Shown here piece by piece: positions 9,571 through 18,662 of a stretch of DNA of 36,622 nucleotides (positions within the stretch are counted from its first letter, which is position 1; each line of letters begins with the position of its first letter). The notes under the pieces were generated by a model. That model did no database searches, had not been told where the DNA came from, and saw only the letters and a list, made by a program, of their open reading frames with translations. This DNA is from a virus (lineage: Duplodnaviria; Heunggongvirae; Uroviricota; Caudoviricetes). The DNA lies in the IMG/VR virus record IMGVR_UViG_2531839531_000013, positions 1 through 36,622 of that record; one strand, 5' to 3'. A program made the translations under genes and the position numbers.

Positions 9571-9954
9571 ATGATGCCAGTTAGCTGTTACCTCTGCATT
9601 TTCTTAAACGTTGGTTTGGGAGAAGCCAGATATGTCATTCAGCGAGGAGCTAATGCCAATGGTGCGTGGATACGCTGGTCAGATGGTGCAATAGAAGTCT
9701 TTGGAACGGGGGGTTCTAATGATAATGGACTGGCTAAAGTCGTTTATCCAATTGCGCTACCTAAGCTTTCACGTTTTATCAGCATAGCGGAAAGAATAGG
9801 AACGGATTATGGGGGCACATCTAATAATGTTCACGTTTCAATGATCGTGGATGACCAGGTCACTAATACCGGTTTTTATGTCCGCTGCCAGATGTACGAC
9901 GGAACACCATCAACAAGTGCTTTTTCCTGGAGGGTTTATTGTGCGCCTGTTTAA
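9571..9954 (+). CDS. Alternative tail-fibre C-terminal segment, promoterless in this orientation
   Basis: ORF reads through the crossover site (encodes FLNVGLGEA, parallel to TYLGLGEG in H) and continues 110 codons to a stop. Confidence 0.45.
   Translation: MMPVSCYLCIFLNVGLGEARYVIQRGANANGAWIRWSDGAIEVFGTGGSNDNGLAKVVYPIALPKLSRFISIAERIGTDYGGTSNNVHVSMIVDDQVTNTGFYVRCQMYDGTPSTSAFSWRVYCAPV
9599..9624. repeat. Invertase crossover site (hix/gix/cix-like), distal copy
   Basis: Its reverse complement TTCTCCCAAACCAACGTTTAAGAAAA shares a 14-nt arm with the site at 11210..11235 in inverted orientation. Confidence 0.6.
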
Positions 9955-10138
9955 TCCTGTTACTTTGACTGAAGTAATCCCCGGTCTTCATGACGTGACC
10001 GGGGCTGTTGAATTACCAGAAGATAACTGGTTTTTTACTGCATCTGAAATCCCTGAAGGAATGGAAATATCTGTTAACGAGAAGGGAGAACCCATTCTGA
10101 TTGAGATTAAACCGTCTCAGGAGGAACTGGCCAGATGA
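9941..10138 (+). CDS. Short alternative tail-fibre assembly chaperone fragment
   Basis: Starts at GTG overlapping the upstream stop (VRLFNPVTLTEV...); only about 66 aa. Weak call. Confidence 0.3.
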   Translation: MRLFNPVTLTEVIPGLHDVTGAVELPEDNWFFTASEIPEGMEISVNEKGEPILIEIKPSQEELAR

Positions 10139-10712
10139 CATCTGGCGCGGTGCTGGTATCTGTTGCCATCACCGCGTCAGTGTAATCCAGCACGGCGTTA
10201 AGTCGGGTGTTTTCTGCCTGCGTCAGCTTCCGCCCGGCCTGCAATTTCAGTTGAATCAGACTAATGGAAACCATTGCAGCATCAATCAGCGACTGCCGCT
10301 GTGTTTCTGCCATGTCTACTGCTGCTCTATGCTGTGCCTCGGTATCCGTCACCCATTTCTCACCATCCCATTTATCGTATGGCGTTAACGGGGCGATAGT
10401 GGTTGTCTTTTCAGGGTAATCACCCGGAGCTGTGATTTCTTTTGATTCTCCTGTTTCGGTGCTATAGACGATTTCACCGCGATGGTCTGGCACATATTCC
10501 CATGAGTTAAAATCTGCAGAACGGCAAATTGCATAACCAGCTTTATATGAGCCAGGAGCATCTAAACAGGAACATGCCGGGATACCGACACCCACAGCAA
10601 GATATTCGGTTGATGTGGAAATATATTCTCGTGTTTCACCATCATAATTATAAACAGTAATATCTCCCGCCTTTGTGGCGATGAGTTCCTTATTTAATAT
10701 AGCTTTATCCAT
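10107..10712 (-). CDS. G: Tail fibre assembly chaperone (gpG / Tfa family)
   Basis: 201 aa immediately downstream of H with ATGA overlap; Tfa-like C-terminal region. Confidence 0.8.
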   Translation of the reverse strand: MDKAILNKELIATKAGDITVYNYDGETREYISTSTEYLAVGVGIPACSCLDAPGSYKAGYAICRSADFNSWEYVPDHRGEIVYSTETGESKEITAPGDYPEKTTTIAPLTPYDKWDGEKWVTDTEAQHRAAVDMAETQRQSLIDAAMVSISLIQLKLQAGRKLTQAENTRLNAVLDYTDAVMATDTSTAPDVIWPVPPETV

Positions 10713-12271
10713 CAGGCAGCCCTCACGATATAATTAAAGGCAATGTTACGGGGTCGATTTTCGTTTGCAGTTGGAACAATTCTTGAAGCATCAAGGCCAA
10801 TCACTTTTGGGTAAACACTGCCCTCGGACCTTTCTGTCACCATACTTCTGACTAAGGAGAAATAACTATTGTTCGTTGAGGGGTTCAAAGGCACCACTGC
10901 CCCCTTAAACGAGCCTACTGATTCCCATATTGAATAATTTTCGGTGTTTACAGTCTTGAACTCACCATAGATATTACGTATGGCATCGCCCTGAGCGGAT
11001 AATATTGTTCTCCCCGCATCCGCACTACGCCCATCATCCCAGCCACGAATAAATTCACCGCGTAAATCAGGCAATTTATTTGTCGGGTAAGCCTTTGCCA
11101 GTTCCGGGTATTCTTCAGCAGAAAAAGCCGCACCATTGCATTTCAGCCAGCCTGTCGGCGGAGTGGCGGAAGGCCACGGAACAGGCACACCGACAGGTAA
11201 TGCAGAGCCTTCTCCCAAACCAAGGTATGTGAGAAGACCAGCTACATCCTTTCCACTCAAATTGGTAAGCGTATTGTCCAGCGGTTGTTTACCTGCCAGC
11301 GCATTAAGCATTGTCGTGGCAAAGTTCGGATCATTCCCCAGTGCCGCCGCCAGTTCGTTCAGTGTATCCAGTGCAGCAGGTGCAGAACCCACCATTCCTG
11401 CAATCGCCGATTTCACAAAAGCCGTAGTGGCAATCTGTGTATTGTTGACCGACTGCGCCGCCGTGGGGGCTGTTGGCGTTCCGGTGAGTGCCGGACTCGA
11501 CAACGGTGCTTTTAGTGCCAGCGCATTGTTAATGGTGGTACTGAAATTCGGATCATTGTTAATGGCTGCGGCTATTTCTTTCAGCGTGTCCAGCGTGGCT
11601 GGCGCACCATTAATAAGGGCCGTCAGTGCCGCCTGTACAAACGCAGTGGTCGCAACCTGCGTGGTATTATTCCCCGCCGCTGGCGTTGGCGCTTTGGGGG
11701 TTCCGGTAAATGTCGGGCTGGCTTTTGGCGCGTACTGTGAATGCGGGTCCGGTGCGGCAAGATGTTTTGCCATCTGATCATCCGCGTAAACCTTCAGCTC
11801 CAGTGCCTTGTCATCCACATACTTGCGGGTTGCCAGCACTACAGCAGGGTCGATTTTCAGGGTGATATTGTCCGTGCTGCTGGTAATCAGCACCATGCGC
11901 ACGGTCTGAGTGCGCCCGCTACCTTCAGCCAGTTGCGGCTTATAGCTTTCCGGGCAGTTGCCCACGGCAATCAATGCCCCGGACTCATCAAACAAGCCCA
12001 CTTCACGTATCCACCAACCGCCCTCGTTTTCAGGGATCACCTGTTCGGCAATAATCTGGCTGCTGTTCTGCGGGTCGATATAAAGCATATTCAGCGCAGC
12101 CCGGCGTTTCTCATTTACCAGTGCCGTCTGCTTTGCGTCTGGCGTTGGCAATACTCCACCGCCATCGCCCACCGCCATATGGGTAATTTTTAGCGGCACA
12201 CCGAGCGCGGCGGCGCTGGCAAGTTTCGCCGCGCCAATATCCGTCAGCAGGGTATAAAATTTTGTGCTCAT
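10712..12271 (-). CDS. H: Tail fibre protein H (constant N-terminal part plus currently fused variable C-terminal part)
   Basis: 519 aa; N-terminus MSTKFYTLLTDIGAAKLASAAA resembles P2 gpH; Ala/Thr-rich repeats; crossover site lies inside the gene. Confidence 0.9.
   Translation of the reverse strand: MSTKFYTLLTDIGAAKLASAAALGVPLKITHMAVGDGGGVLPTPDAKQTALVNEKRRAALNMLYIDPQNSSQIIAEQVIPENEGGWWIREVGLFDESGALIAVGNCPESYKPQLAEGSGRTQTVRMVLITSSTDNITLKIDPAVVLATRKYVDDKALELKVYADDQMAKHLAAPDPHSQYAPKASPTFTGTPKAPTPAAGNNTTQVATTAFVQAALTALINGAPATLDTLKEIAAAINNDPNFSTTINNALALKAPLSSPALTGTPTAPTAAQSVNNTQIATTAFVKSAIAGMVGSAPAALDTLNELAAALGNDPNFATTMLNALAGKQPLDNTLTNLSGKDVAGLLTYLGLGEGSALPVGVPVPWPSATPPTGWLKCNGAAFSAEEYPELAKAYPTNKLPDLRGEFIRGWDDGRSADAGRTILSAQGDAIRNIYGEFKTVNTENYSIWESVGSFKGAVVPLNPSTNNSYFSLVRSMVTERSEGSVYPKVIGLDASRIVPTANENRPRNIAFNYIVRAA
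11210..11235. repeat. Invertase crossover site (hix/gix/cix-like) inside H
   Basis: TTCTCCCAAACCAAGGTATGTGAGAA; resembles the recalled hix consensus TTCTTGAAAACCAAGGTTTTTGATAA. Confidence 0.6.
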
Positions 12272-12873
12272 GGATTCACTCTCATTGTGTCAATAACATG
12301 GACCGCCCCGCCTTCATGCGCGGTGCCACCGGAAATAATCGTTTCGTTGATATACGGATAGATCGTGATTTCTTCGCCAAGATAGCTGGCGGCTCCCACC
12401 CAATGCGGGCCGCTGGTCTGCAGATTGATGGACATGCCGATCATGTGGCGGCTACATGGTTTGGCATCGCTTATCAGTCGCTCAAGTTCCAGATAGGTAT
12501 CTTCAGTGATGCCCTGGTCCTGCACGCCGATATCCAGGCGAAACGTGCCCGGTGTTTCTCCGGTCTGCCACCACTCAATAATGCGGATCAGGAATCCGAA
12601 CGGCTCCACCACCCGCCGCACGGCACTGGTGGTCCCTTTATGCTGATGAATATAAAAAGCATCCTTCACCACCTGGCGCTTGACGCTTTCTGTCCAGCCC
12701 TCGTCCCAGCGATCCACAGAGAACGCCCAGGCGAGATAAGGCAGGAAACTGACCGGACAGGTTGCCGGATTCCACAAGTCACGAAGCGGCACCTGCAGAT
12801 CAGAAATCCCGCTGCAGGTTTGCGCCAGTCGGCGCTCCAGTGGTGTTGAACCCGGTGGCAGCAGACTATTCAT
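12268..12873 (-). CDS. I: Baseplate assembly protein I
   Basis: 201 aa; P2 synteny and sequence character. Confidence 0.8.
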   Translation of the reverse strand: MNSLLPPGSTPLERRLAQTCSGISDLQVPLRDLWNPATCPVSFLPYLAWAFSVDRWDEGWTESVKRQVVKDAFYIHQHKGTTSAVRRVVEPFGFLIRIIEWWQTGETPGTFRLDIGVQDQGITEDTYLELERLISDAKPCSRHMIGMSINLQTSGPHWVGAASYLGEEITIYPYINETIISGGTAHEGGAVHVIDTMRVNP

Positions 12874-13774
12874 CCGTTCCTCCGTTGGTTACGCTCCACT
12901 GCGTACATGATGCCGCCTGTGTTTTGTTCAGGACCACATCTGCCAGAGGAGAAGCCAGCTCCACACGCTGCACACCCTCAACATGCAGGGCGGCAAAGAT
13001 GGCGCTACGGCGAATATCCCGACCAAGACGCGTCTGACTGGCGATGTACTTCTGCAGGCTGGCTTTTGCCGCTGCCATTACCGGCTCTGCTTCTGGCCCC
13101 GGATAGAGAAAAATGGTGGCTTCCACGCGGTACGGGATGATTTCTGCACTGCGAACCGTAAGACGGTCAGCCACCGGGCGGACGTTCTCACTGTTCAGGG
13201 CTTTCTCCACCACATCCAGCAGGTCTTTTTCTGCTGTTCCGTCGCCTTCGCGGCTCAGAACAGTCAGCACCACCTCTGCAGGTGCCGGGCTGGTTGCACT
13301 GGCATCCGCCACCCGACCGTCGGCGCTTCGGGCATGAAATTCATAAGCTGCAGTTGGCCCCGCAACTGAAAGCCCTTCAAAGGCTGCTGGCACACGCAGG
13401 CGTAACGCTTCATCACTTTCCATCACAGCCGCAACGGGCGGTACAGCGTCATTATCAGCAGGCGTCACCGTCAGGCGTTTCACGTTGTAATTGGCAGCGA
13501 GCTGGTCCAGATCGCTCCCTATGGCATAAGCCACCATCACCGCCTGCGCGGCTTCGTTAATGCGCTGGCGCAGAAGCAACTCACGGTAAGCGTTCTCCTG
13601 CAACAATTTGGTAACGGGTTCAGATTCCAGTTCCAGCGTACGCATCACTGCTTCCTGCTCATCTTTCGGATGAAGCGCCACAAATTCTGCCTTGCGTTCG
13701 GCAAGCAGCGTCTCAAAGTCCGTCACATCCACAATCTGCGGCGCAGGTAACTGCGAAAGGTCAATCACTGCCAT
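12866..13774 (-). CDS. J: Baseplate protein J
   Basis: Start taken at MAVIDLSQLPAPQIV, which resembles the P2 gpJ N-terminus; ORF track extends to 13813. Confidence 0.85.
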   Translation of the reverse strand: MAVIDLSQLPAPQIVDVTDFETLLAERKAEFVALHPKDEQEAVMRTLELESEPVTKLLQENAYRELLLRQRINEAAQAVMVAYAIGSDLDQLAANYNVKRLTVTPADNDAVPPVAAVMESDEALRLRVPAAFEGLSVAGPTAAYEFHARSADGRVADASATSPAPAEVVLTVLSREGDGTAEKDLLDVVEKALNSENVRPVADRLTVRSAEIIPYRVEATIFLYPGPEAEPVMAAAKASLQKYIASQTRLGRDIRRSAIFAALHVEGVQRVELASPLADVVLNKTQAASCTQWSVTNGGTDE

Positions 13775-14120
13775 TCTCTGCTCCTGTTGATACGGAAAGG
13801 GAAACAGGCACACCGTTATTACGCCGCCCGGTCAGCTCCACCACCATAGAACCGTCAAAGTTGCTGTTGATGGTGATGGAATCAAGCGTCAGCCGTGGCT
13901 CCCAGCGACTCAGCGCCACATACACTGCCGACATGACCTGCAGGCGTAATGCCGGATTTTGTGGCTGGTCTATCAGTGCCGACAGCAGGGAACCATATTC
14001 CCGACGGGCAATGCGGCTACCCTGCGGTGTCAGCAGAATGTCCCGCACCGACTGGCGCAGATGATCAATATCAGTAATGACTTTGCCGCTGGCATTGTTC
14101 ATCCCGCTATAAAGCGTCAT
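13761..14120 (-). CDS. W: Baseplate wedge protein W (gp25-like)
   Basis: 119 aa; P2 gpW-like. Confidence 0.8.
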   Translation of the reverse strand: MTLYSGMNNASGKVITDIDHLRQSVRDILLTPQGSRIARREYGSLLSALIDQPQNPALRLQVMSAVYVALSRWEPRLTLDSITINSNFDGSMVVELTGRRNNGVPVSLSVSTGAENGSD

Positions 14121-14695
14121 ACCGGGCCTCCGGTTGTATCGCCGCCTTTCAGGACGCCAGTATGCTGATGCGCATCAACCACAATCCCGTTAGAGCTCAT
14201 CGCTCCGCCGCCCTGGGTAACGCCACCATTGATCACCACTTCGCTGTTAATACGCGTGCGGTCAGCCTCCAGCACAAACTCACTGGTTTTCAGGGTGATA
14301 TTGTCAGCGGCCTCAATGACCATTGATTTGATGCCCCTGACATACCAGCGCCCGGTGGCGGGTTCGTATTCAAACCAGCCGCCGTCCGGGTATTCCGTCA
14401 CGTTGCCGTCCTCAGAGCATGAAGGTGGCGGAAACTGGTTTGAGTAGACCGCAGGCAGGGCAAACGCGGTTTCCAGATTGCCGCCAAGGCTGAACAGCAC
14501 AACCTGCTCACCCACAGACGGTTTCCACCAGGTGCGCGATTTGCCCGCGCGCAATGTCAGCCAGTTAATCCAGTTGGTTTCGAGGTCGCCAGTTTTCACC
14601 CGACACAGCCAGTTTGCCCTGTCCACTTCGGTGACTACACCTGTGCGGATCAGGTTGGTGATAAGGCGCATGATTTCGGTTAATTGTGCGTTCAT
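14117..14695 (-). CDS. V: Baseplate spike / hub protein V
   Basis: 192 aa; P2 gpV-like N-terminus. Confidence 0.85.
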   Translation of the reverse strand: MNAQLTEIMRLITNLIRTGVVTEVDRANWLCRVKTGDLETNWINWLTLRAGKSRTWWKPSVGEQVVLFSLGGNLETAFALPAVYSNQFPPPSCSEDGNVTEYPDGGWFEYEPATGRWYVRGIKSMVIEAADNITLKTSEFVLEADRTRINSEVVINGGVTQGGGAMSSNGIVVDAHQHTGVLKGGDTTGGPV

Positions 14696-14741
14696 AGGGA
14701 AAGGTTGCCATCAGGGGAAGAAAGGCGACAGTGCTGCAACT

Positions 14742-14759
14742 TGTATCAGTGCTGATACA
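14742..14759 (-). promoter_or_regulatory. Candidate late promoter element (TGT-N12-ACA) between S and V
   Basis: TGTATCAGTGCTGATACA, a near-perfect dyad in the 68-bp S-V intergenic gap. Confidence 0.45.
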
Positions 14760-14763
14760 AAGA

Positions 14764-15210
14764 TCACCCCGCCAGCCATTGCAGAATCATGTCGCGGGTC
14801 ATTGCCTCAACATCATCATTTACACCCAGAAGGCGACGCTCTGCGTAACGGACCTCAGGTCCTTTGCGACTGACGCGATCGCGCAAGCCGTAATGGTGAA
14901 CACGGGCAATGCGCTGCACCTTACCTTCAAACTGCACGCTGGCAGAGTCGGCGCTGGCGGCAGTTTTCAGGTATTTTGTGGTGCGAAGTTTTGTAAACAT
15001 CTGCCGTTTGATGCGGCCTTTTTTACTGCGTGCTGTTACCCGTCGCGGTTCATAGCTGCTGCCGTCAGGGTTGCGCTGCATCCTGATGTTCTGCTGCTGT
15101 GTCCGGCGCAGTTCCTGCGCCAGCTGGCGCATCATGCGGCTTCTGGCGGCTGGCTCCAGATTCGCCAGCAAGGCACTCAACCAGTCGTCCACTTTTTGCA
15201 GTTCAGCCAC
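14764..15210 (-). CDS. S: Tail completion protein S
   Basis: 148 aa; P2 synteny. Confidence 0.8.
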   Translation of the reverse strand: MAELQKVDDWLSALLANLEPAARSRMMRQLAQELRRTQQQNIRMQRNPDGSSYEPRRVTARSKKGRIKRQMFTKLRTTKYLKTAASADSASVQFEGKVQRIARVHHYGLRDRVSRKGPEVRYAERRLLGVNDDVEAMTRDMILQWLAG

Positions 15211-15655
15211 GTTTCACCGTCCACATTTCTTCAGGTTCATCAGGTTCCGCTACAGCTTCAACGCTCGACACGCTGCCGTCAGTGCTGACCAGCACACTCT
15301 CCGTCAGTTGCAGGTTCAGGCTGATATCACAGACATCGTTGCGCAGAATATCCACCTCAAAGGTAAATAGTTTTTCCCGTAACGCCGGGTTATTGATGGC
15401 ATCGGGCTGGTTATCCCTCAGCCACAGCAAAACCGGGGCCATCAGCAGATTCTGGTCGCCGCTGAAATCCTCAATCACCGCGTTCAGGGTGTAACGGTAC
15501 TCCCACGACATGGAGCTGGCCCCCGTGGCAACCAGCGAACCGTTATCCACAAACAGATGCAGTTTGTCCGGGTTATTGCGGACATAAGGCACCGCTTTAT
15601 TGAGGGCGTGGCGCAGGGATTGTGGTTTGTTCACTGTTTCGCTCCTGACACGCAA
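15203..15655 (-). CDS. R: Tail completion protein R
   Basis: 150 aa; P2 gpR-like. Confidence 0.8.
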   Translation of the reverse strand: MRVRSETVNKPQSLRHALNKAVPYVRNNPDKLHLFVDNGSLVATGASSMSWEYRYTLNAVIEDFSGDQNLLMAPVLLWLRDNQPDAINNPALREKLFTFEVDILRNDVCDISLNLQLTESVLVSTDGSVSSVEAVAEPDEPEEMWTVKRG

Positions 15656-15887
15656 TAATCATGTCCACTTTGTCTGCACAGACCGCCCAGGCAGCCTCCG
15701 TTTCATCCAGCAACGCGTTCAGATCACCATTAGTGCGCGGCGTTGCCTGATCCAGCCGACACGGCGTCACTCGCGGACAACCACTGACGGTAAGCCGTAC
15801 CTCCGGTGAGTGCCGGACGTTCCCGCAGCCGGATAATGTCAGCAGGCAAAGGAGTATCAGCCCAGCGACGTAAATCCTCGTTCTCAC
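15597..15887 (-). CDS. lysC: LysC, Rz1-like outer-membrane lipoprotein spanin
   Basis: Lipobox LTLSGC after a signal-like helix; begins inside lysB in another frame, as in P2. Confidence 0.65.
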   Translation of the reverse strand: MRTRIYVAGLILLCLLTLSGCGNVRHSPEVRLTVSGCPRVTPCRLDQATPRTNGDLNALLDETEAAWAVCADKVDMIIACQERNSEQTTIPAPRPQ

Positions 15888-16158
15888 GTTTCAGTTCCTC
15901 GATCCGGTGTTGTCGTTGTCTCAGCAGCGCGCTGGTCTGTTCTGCTTCGGCATAGAGCCGCGCCTGCTCCCGGTTATTGGTTTCAGTCAGAATGGACAGG
16001 CTGATAAGCTGGCTGTTGCTCTTTGCCAGTGCCTGGCTTTTGCTCTGCAGCTCGTCTGCCTGCGTGCTGATGGTCTGGCTGGCATCAGCCAGCCGCCACG
16101 TCTGCCAGCCCAGCGCCGCCAGTAATAACGTCAGCACAACCAGCAGCAACCGGTTCAT
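15730..16158 (-). CDS. lysB: LysB, Rz-like inner-membrane spanin
   Basis: N-terminal transmembrane helix followed by coiled-coil; P2 synteny. Confidence 0.75.
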   Translation of the reverse strand: MNRLLLVVLTLLLAALGWQTWRLADASQTISTQADELQSKSQALAKSNSQLISLSILTETNNREQARLYAEAEQTSALLRQRQHRIEELKRENEDLRRWADTPLPADIIRLRERPALTGGTAYRQWLSASDAVSAGSGNAAH

Positions 16159-16532
16159 GCTGCTACCTGTTGCGCCATCTGATTACGGGTGATCCAGAAG
16201 GCAATAACGGTCAGTAGATAAAAGACCAGGGTAATAGCCCACCCCGTCCAGGCGAGACTTACAACAATCAGCAATCGCATCACCCAACTGATAAATACGT
16301 TTTCTTTTCGGGTAATTGTCTTCAGCAAAGATGCCCTCAACTCCTGCCAGAGCGGGCCATTCTTAATTAACGCAGCCAGTGCTACCGGAATTACCGCCCA
16401 TGTCAGCAGACAGGCTACCCAAACGCCGGATGCTGCCAGTACCGGAAAAATCCCCTGCGGATACACCATTGCTGCGATTAACAGCGCCATCCATAACATC
16501 AGAAACAGTCCGCTGATTAATTTCTTTTTCAT
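16155..16532 (-). CDS. lysA: LysA, membrane protein of the lysis cassette
   Basis: Start taken at MKKKLISG with GGGAG Shine-Dalgarno, directly after the K stop; several transmembrane helices. ORF track extends to 16604. Confidence 0.7.
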   Translation of the reverse strand: MKKKLISGLFLMLWMALLIAAMVYPQGIFPVLAASGVWVACLLTWAVIPVALAALIKNGPLWQELRASLLKTITRKENVFISWVMRLLIVVSLAWTGWAITLVFYLLTVIAFWITRNQMAQQVAA

Positions 16533-16533
16533 T

Positions 16534-17046
16534 TCAGTTTGCTCCCTGTAAACACCAGGCCATCTCCCGCGCACGGCGGTTATCCAGCCCCTGATTAAAA
16601 ACACCTTTCACATAAACCCAGCGCGGCAACTGTCGGCACGCATCCGCCCAGCGCCGCTGATTGAGTAATTTCACCAGTGTGGAACTGCAGGCATTGCCCG
16701 TTCCCACGTTGAAGGCAAACGACACCGCAGCGTCATACACCTTCTGCGGCGGCTGTTGCTTCACACACCTTTCCAGCGCCCGCTCCACACGCAGCACGTT
16801 GGAGATCAGCCCTTCTGCTGCCTGTCGCTCCGTAATGGTTTTGCCGGGAATGACGCCCGACGTATTACCAATGCCGTCGGTCCAGACACCCGCGCTGCAC
16901 TGATACGGCTGCAGACGACAGCCTTCGTAATCAGCAATCAGTTTCAGCCCCTCCACGGAGGTGTGAAGCTGCTGAAAACCCGGCAGCGTGGCAGCAATAG
17001 CCAGCACGGCCCCGACAAGGCAGCGTTTAACGATTGATGGATTCAT
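16534..17046 (-). CDS. K: Endolysin (phage lysozyme)
   Basis: 170 aa; N-terminal signal-anchor-like segment; position between holin and lysA. Confidence 0.8.
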   Translation of the reverse strand: MNPSIVKRCLVGAVLAIAATLPGFQQLHTSVEGLKLIADYEGCRLQPYQCSAGVWTDGIGNTSGVIPGKTITERQAAEGLISNVLRVERALERCVKQQPPQKVYDAAVSFAFNVGTGNACSSTLVKLLNQRRWADACRQLPRWVYVKGVFNQGLDNRRAREMAWCLQGAN

Positions 17047-17242
17047 AGTCCTCCCGCGAGATCTGCCCGTCGCGCAGAAGCTGGTAGGCTTTGTGTTTGT
17101 AGTACCAGTTGATAGCCAGCATCAGTACACCAATCATCAGGCCACCCAGCGTTGAGGCATCCTTGATGGACAAATCGCCCAGCCAGGCCAGCACGACGGC
17201 GATGCAGTACGTGATAAAGGCGCTGATTCGCTCAAGCGTCAT
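17027..17242 (-). CDS. Y: Holin
   Basis: 71 aa with two hydrophobic helices and a charged C-terminus. Confidence 0.8.
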   Translation of the reverse strand: MTLERISAFITYCIAVVLAWLGDLSIKDASTLGGLMIGVLMLAINWYYKHKAYQLLRDGQISREDYESINR

Positions 17243-17245
17243 AAT

Positions 17246-17449
17246 TCAGTCCCATAGCTGGACGGTCTGCACGGTGGTGGTGGTCGGAATGTCCGGCAGC
17301 TCCACCTGCAGCCCGTGAGGTAAAAAGGGGCCGTATTCGGCAAGCCCCGGATTTGCCTTCAGTACCTGCTCCGTGACCCCCTGCGTGCGCCCGTAATGAC
17401 GCCAGCAAAGCGCGTCCACCGTGTCATACTGATGCGCACGCACTTTCAT
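17246..17449 (-). CDS. X: Tail protein X
   Basis: 67 aa; P2 gpX position. Confidence 0.75.
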   Translation of the reverse strand: MKVRAHQYDTVDALCWRHYGRTQGVTEQVLKANPGLAEYGPFLPHGLQVELPDIPTTTTVQTVQLWD

Positions 17450-17976
17450 CAGATAAGCTCCACTGTGCAGTGCGGCGCATCCTGCACCCGGCTGATGGCC
17501 CAGCGGGCGTCACGCCACAAATCACCGCTTGCTTCCGCCAGTTCCTCGCCCCGCTTCACACCGGACGCCGTGGCGTCATAGTCCTGGTATCGTTCGTTGA
17601 GCATGGCGCGTGCCCAGCAGTAAACCGCGTTGAAATAGTGCTGAATGCGCTCACTTTTGCCGTCCAGCTGTTCCGCCGGAACTTCTGCCAGCGAGGCATA
17701 CCCCAGCATCTGCTGGCGTCTGCGAAACTCATACAGCTCTGCGTTGACCTCCGAAATTGCCGACAGCGCAACCTGCTTTAAACGCGGCTGCGTCACCGTA
17801 CCGTCAGTGCGCATGACGCTGCGAAACTCCGACAGGTCCACATCAGGCCAGAACGGCGTATTCCTGATGATTTCCGCCTGTTCCGGTGCCTGTTCTGGCG
17901 CAACAAACTTCATGCTGCTTTCTCCTGAAATAGAGGGCGGTGGACGGGGTTTTGATGTGGCAGTGCCTTTCGCCAC
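17449..17976 (-). CDS. L: Head completion protein L
   Basis: P2 gpL-like; start may instead be the internal Met at 17913. Confidence 0.75.
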   Translation of the reverse strand: MAKGTATSKPRPPPSISGESSMKFVAPEQAPEQAEIIRNTPFWPDVDLSEFRSVMRTDGTVTQPRLKQVALSAISEVNAELYEFRRRQQMLGYASLAEVPAEQLDGKSERIQHYFNAVYCWARAMLNERYQDYDATASGVKRGEELAEASGDLWRDARWAISRVQDAPHCTVELI

Positions 17977-18008
17977 CCCGTGCCGCCCGTGCGCGGGGGC
18001 ACGTTCTG

Positions 18009-18659
18009 TCAGCGGCTGTCATTGCGCAGTCTGCGCTCCAGCTGCTGTTTGTCTTTTTTCACGCCACAGCGAGGATCGAGCTGTAACGCATGGTTGAGAT
18101 GATTAAGGGCGGAAGCCGGGTTGCTTTCACTCAGGACAGCGCCAATCGCTTTATGCAGACGCGCCCGTGACTGGTCCGGCATATCCAGACCGTCTGTCAG
18201 CTCCAGCGTCTGCAGCAACAGATCGGCATCAAAGCCGGTGGCGGCAAGCATTGCGCTCTGCGCCGCGTCTGCCATTTCCTCTGCCAGCACGGTCTGCACG
18301 TTGCGGTTACCCAGCGGCATCACCCAGCCATGACGCAGGGCATGACGCCCGATCTCCAGCGCCCCTGCATAATCTCCGGCATCAATGCGCCACAGCATCA
18401 CGTACATCAGCACGTCATCCTGTTGAGCGCCTCCGGCAGCCAGAACGCCCTCCGCCCAGGCGGCATATTTCGGCAGCAGCTCCACCTTGATTTCCGCTTT
18501 TTTGACCGTGGACTGAACGCCCTTGAGACGGCGGCGGTCTTCCGCCAGTTGCAGCAGCATCAGGTCATAGCCCGACGCGTGGCGAACACTGCCACCCTCG
18601 CGAGCGGCCTGTTCAGCCTGAACGCGCAGGCGATGCTGCCGTGCGGGACTCAGGCTCAT
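18009..18659 (-). CDS. M: Terminase endonuclease (small) subunit M
   Basis: 216 aa; P2 synteny between N and L. Confidence 0.8.
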   Translation of the reverse strand: MSLSPARQHRLRVQAEQAAREGGSVRHASGYDLMLLQLAEDRRRLKGVQSTVKKAEIKVELLPKYAAWAEGVLAAGGAQQDDVLMYVMLWRIDAGDYAGALEIGRHALRHGWVMPLGNRNVQTVLAEEMADAAQSAMLAATGFDADLLLQTLELTDGLDMPDQSRARLHKAIGAVLSESNPASALNHLNHALQLDPRCGVKKDKQQLERRLRNDSR

Positions 18660-18662
18660 GAA

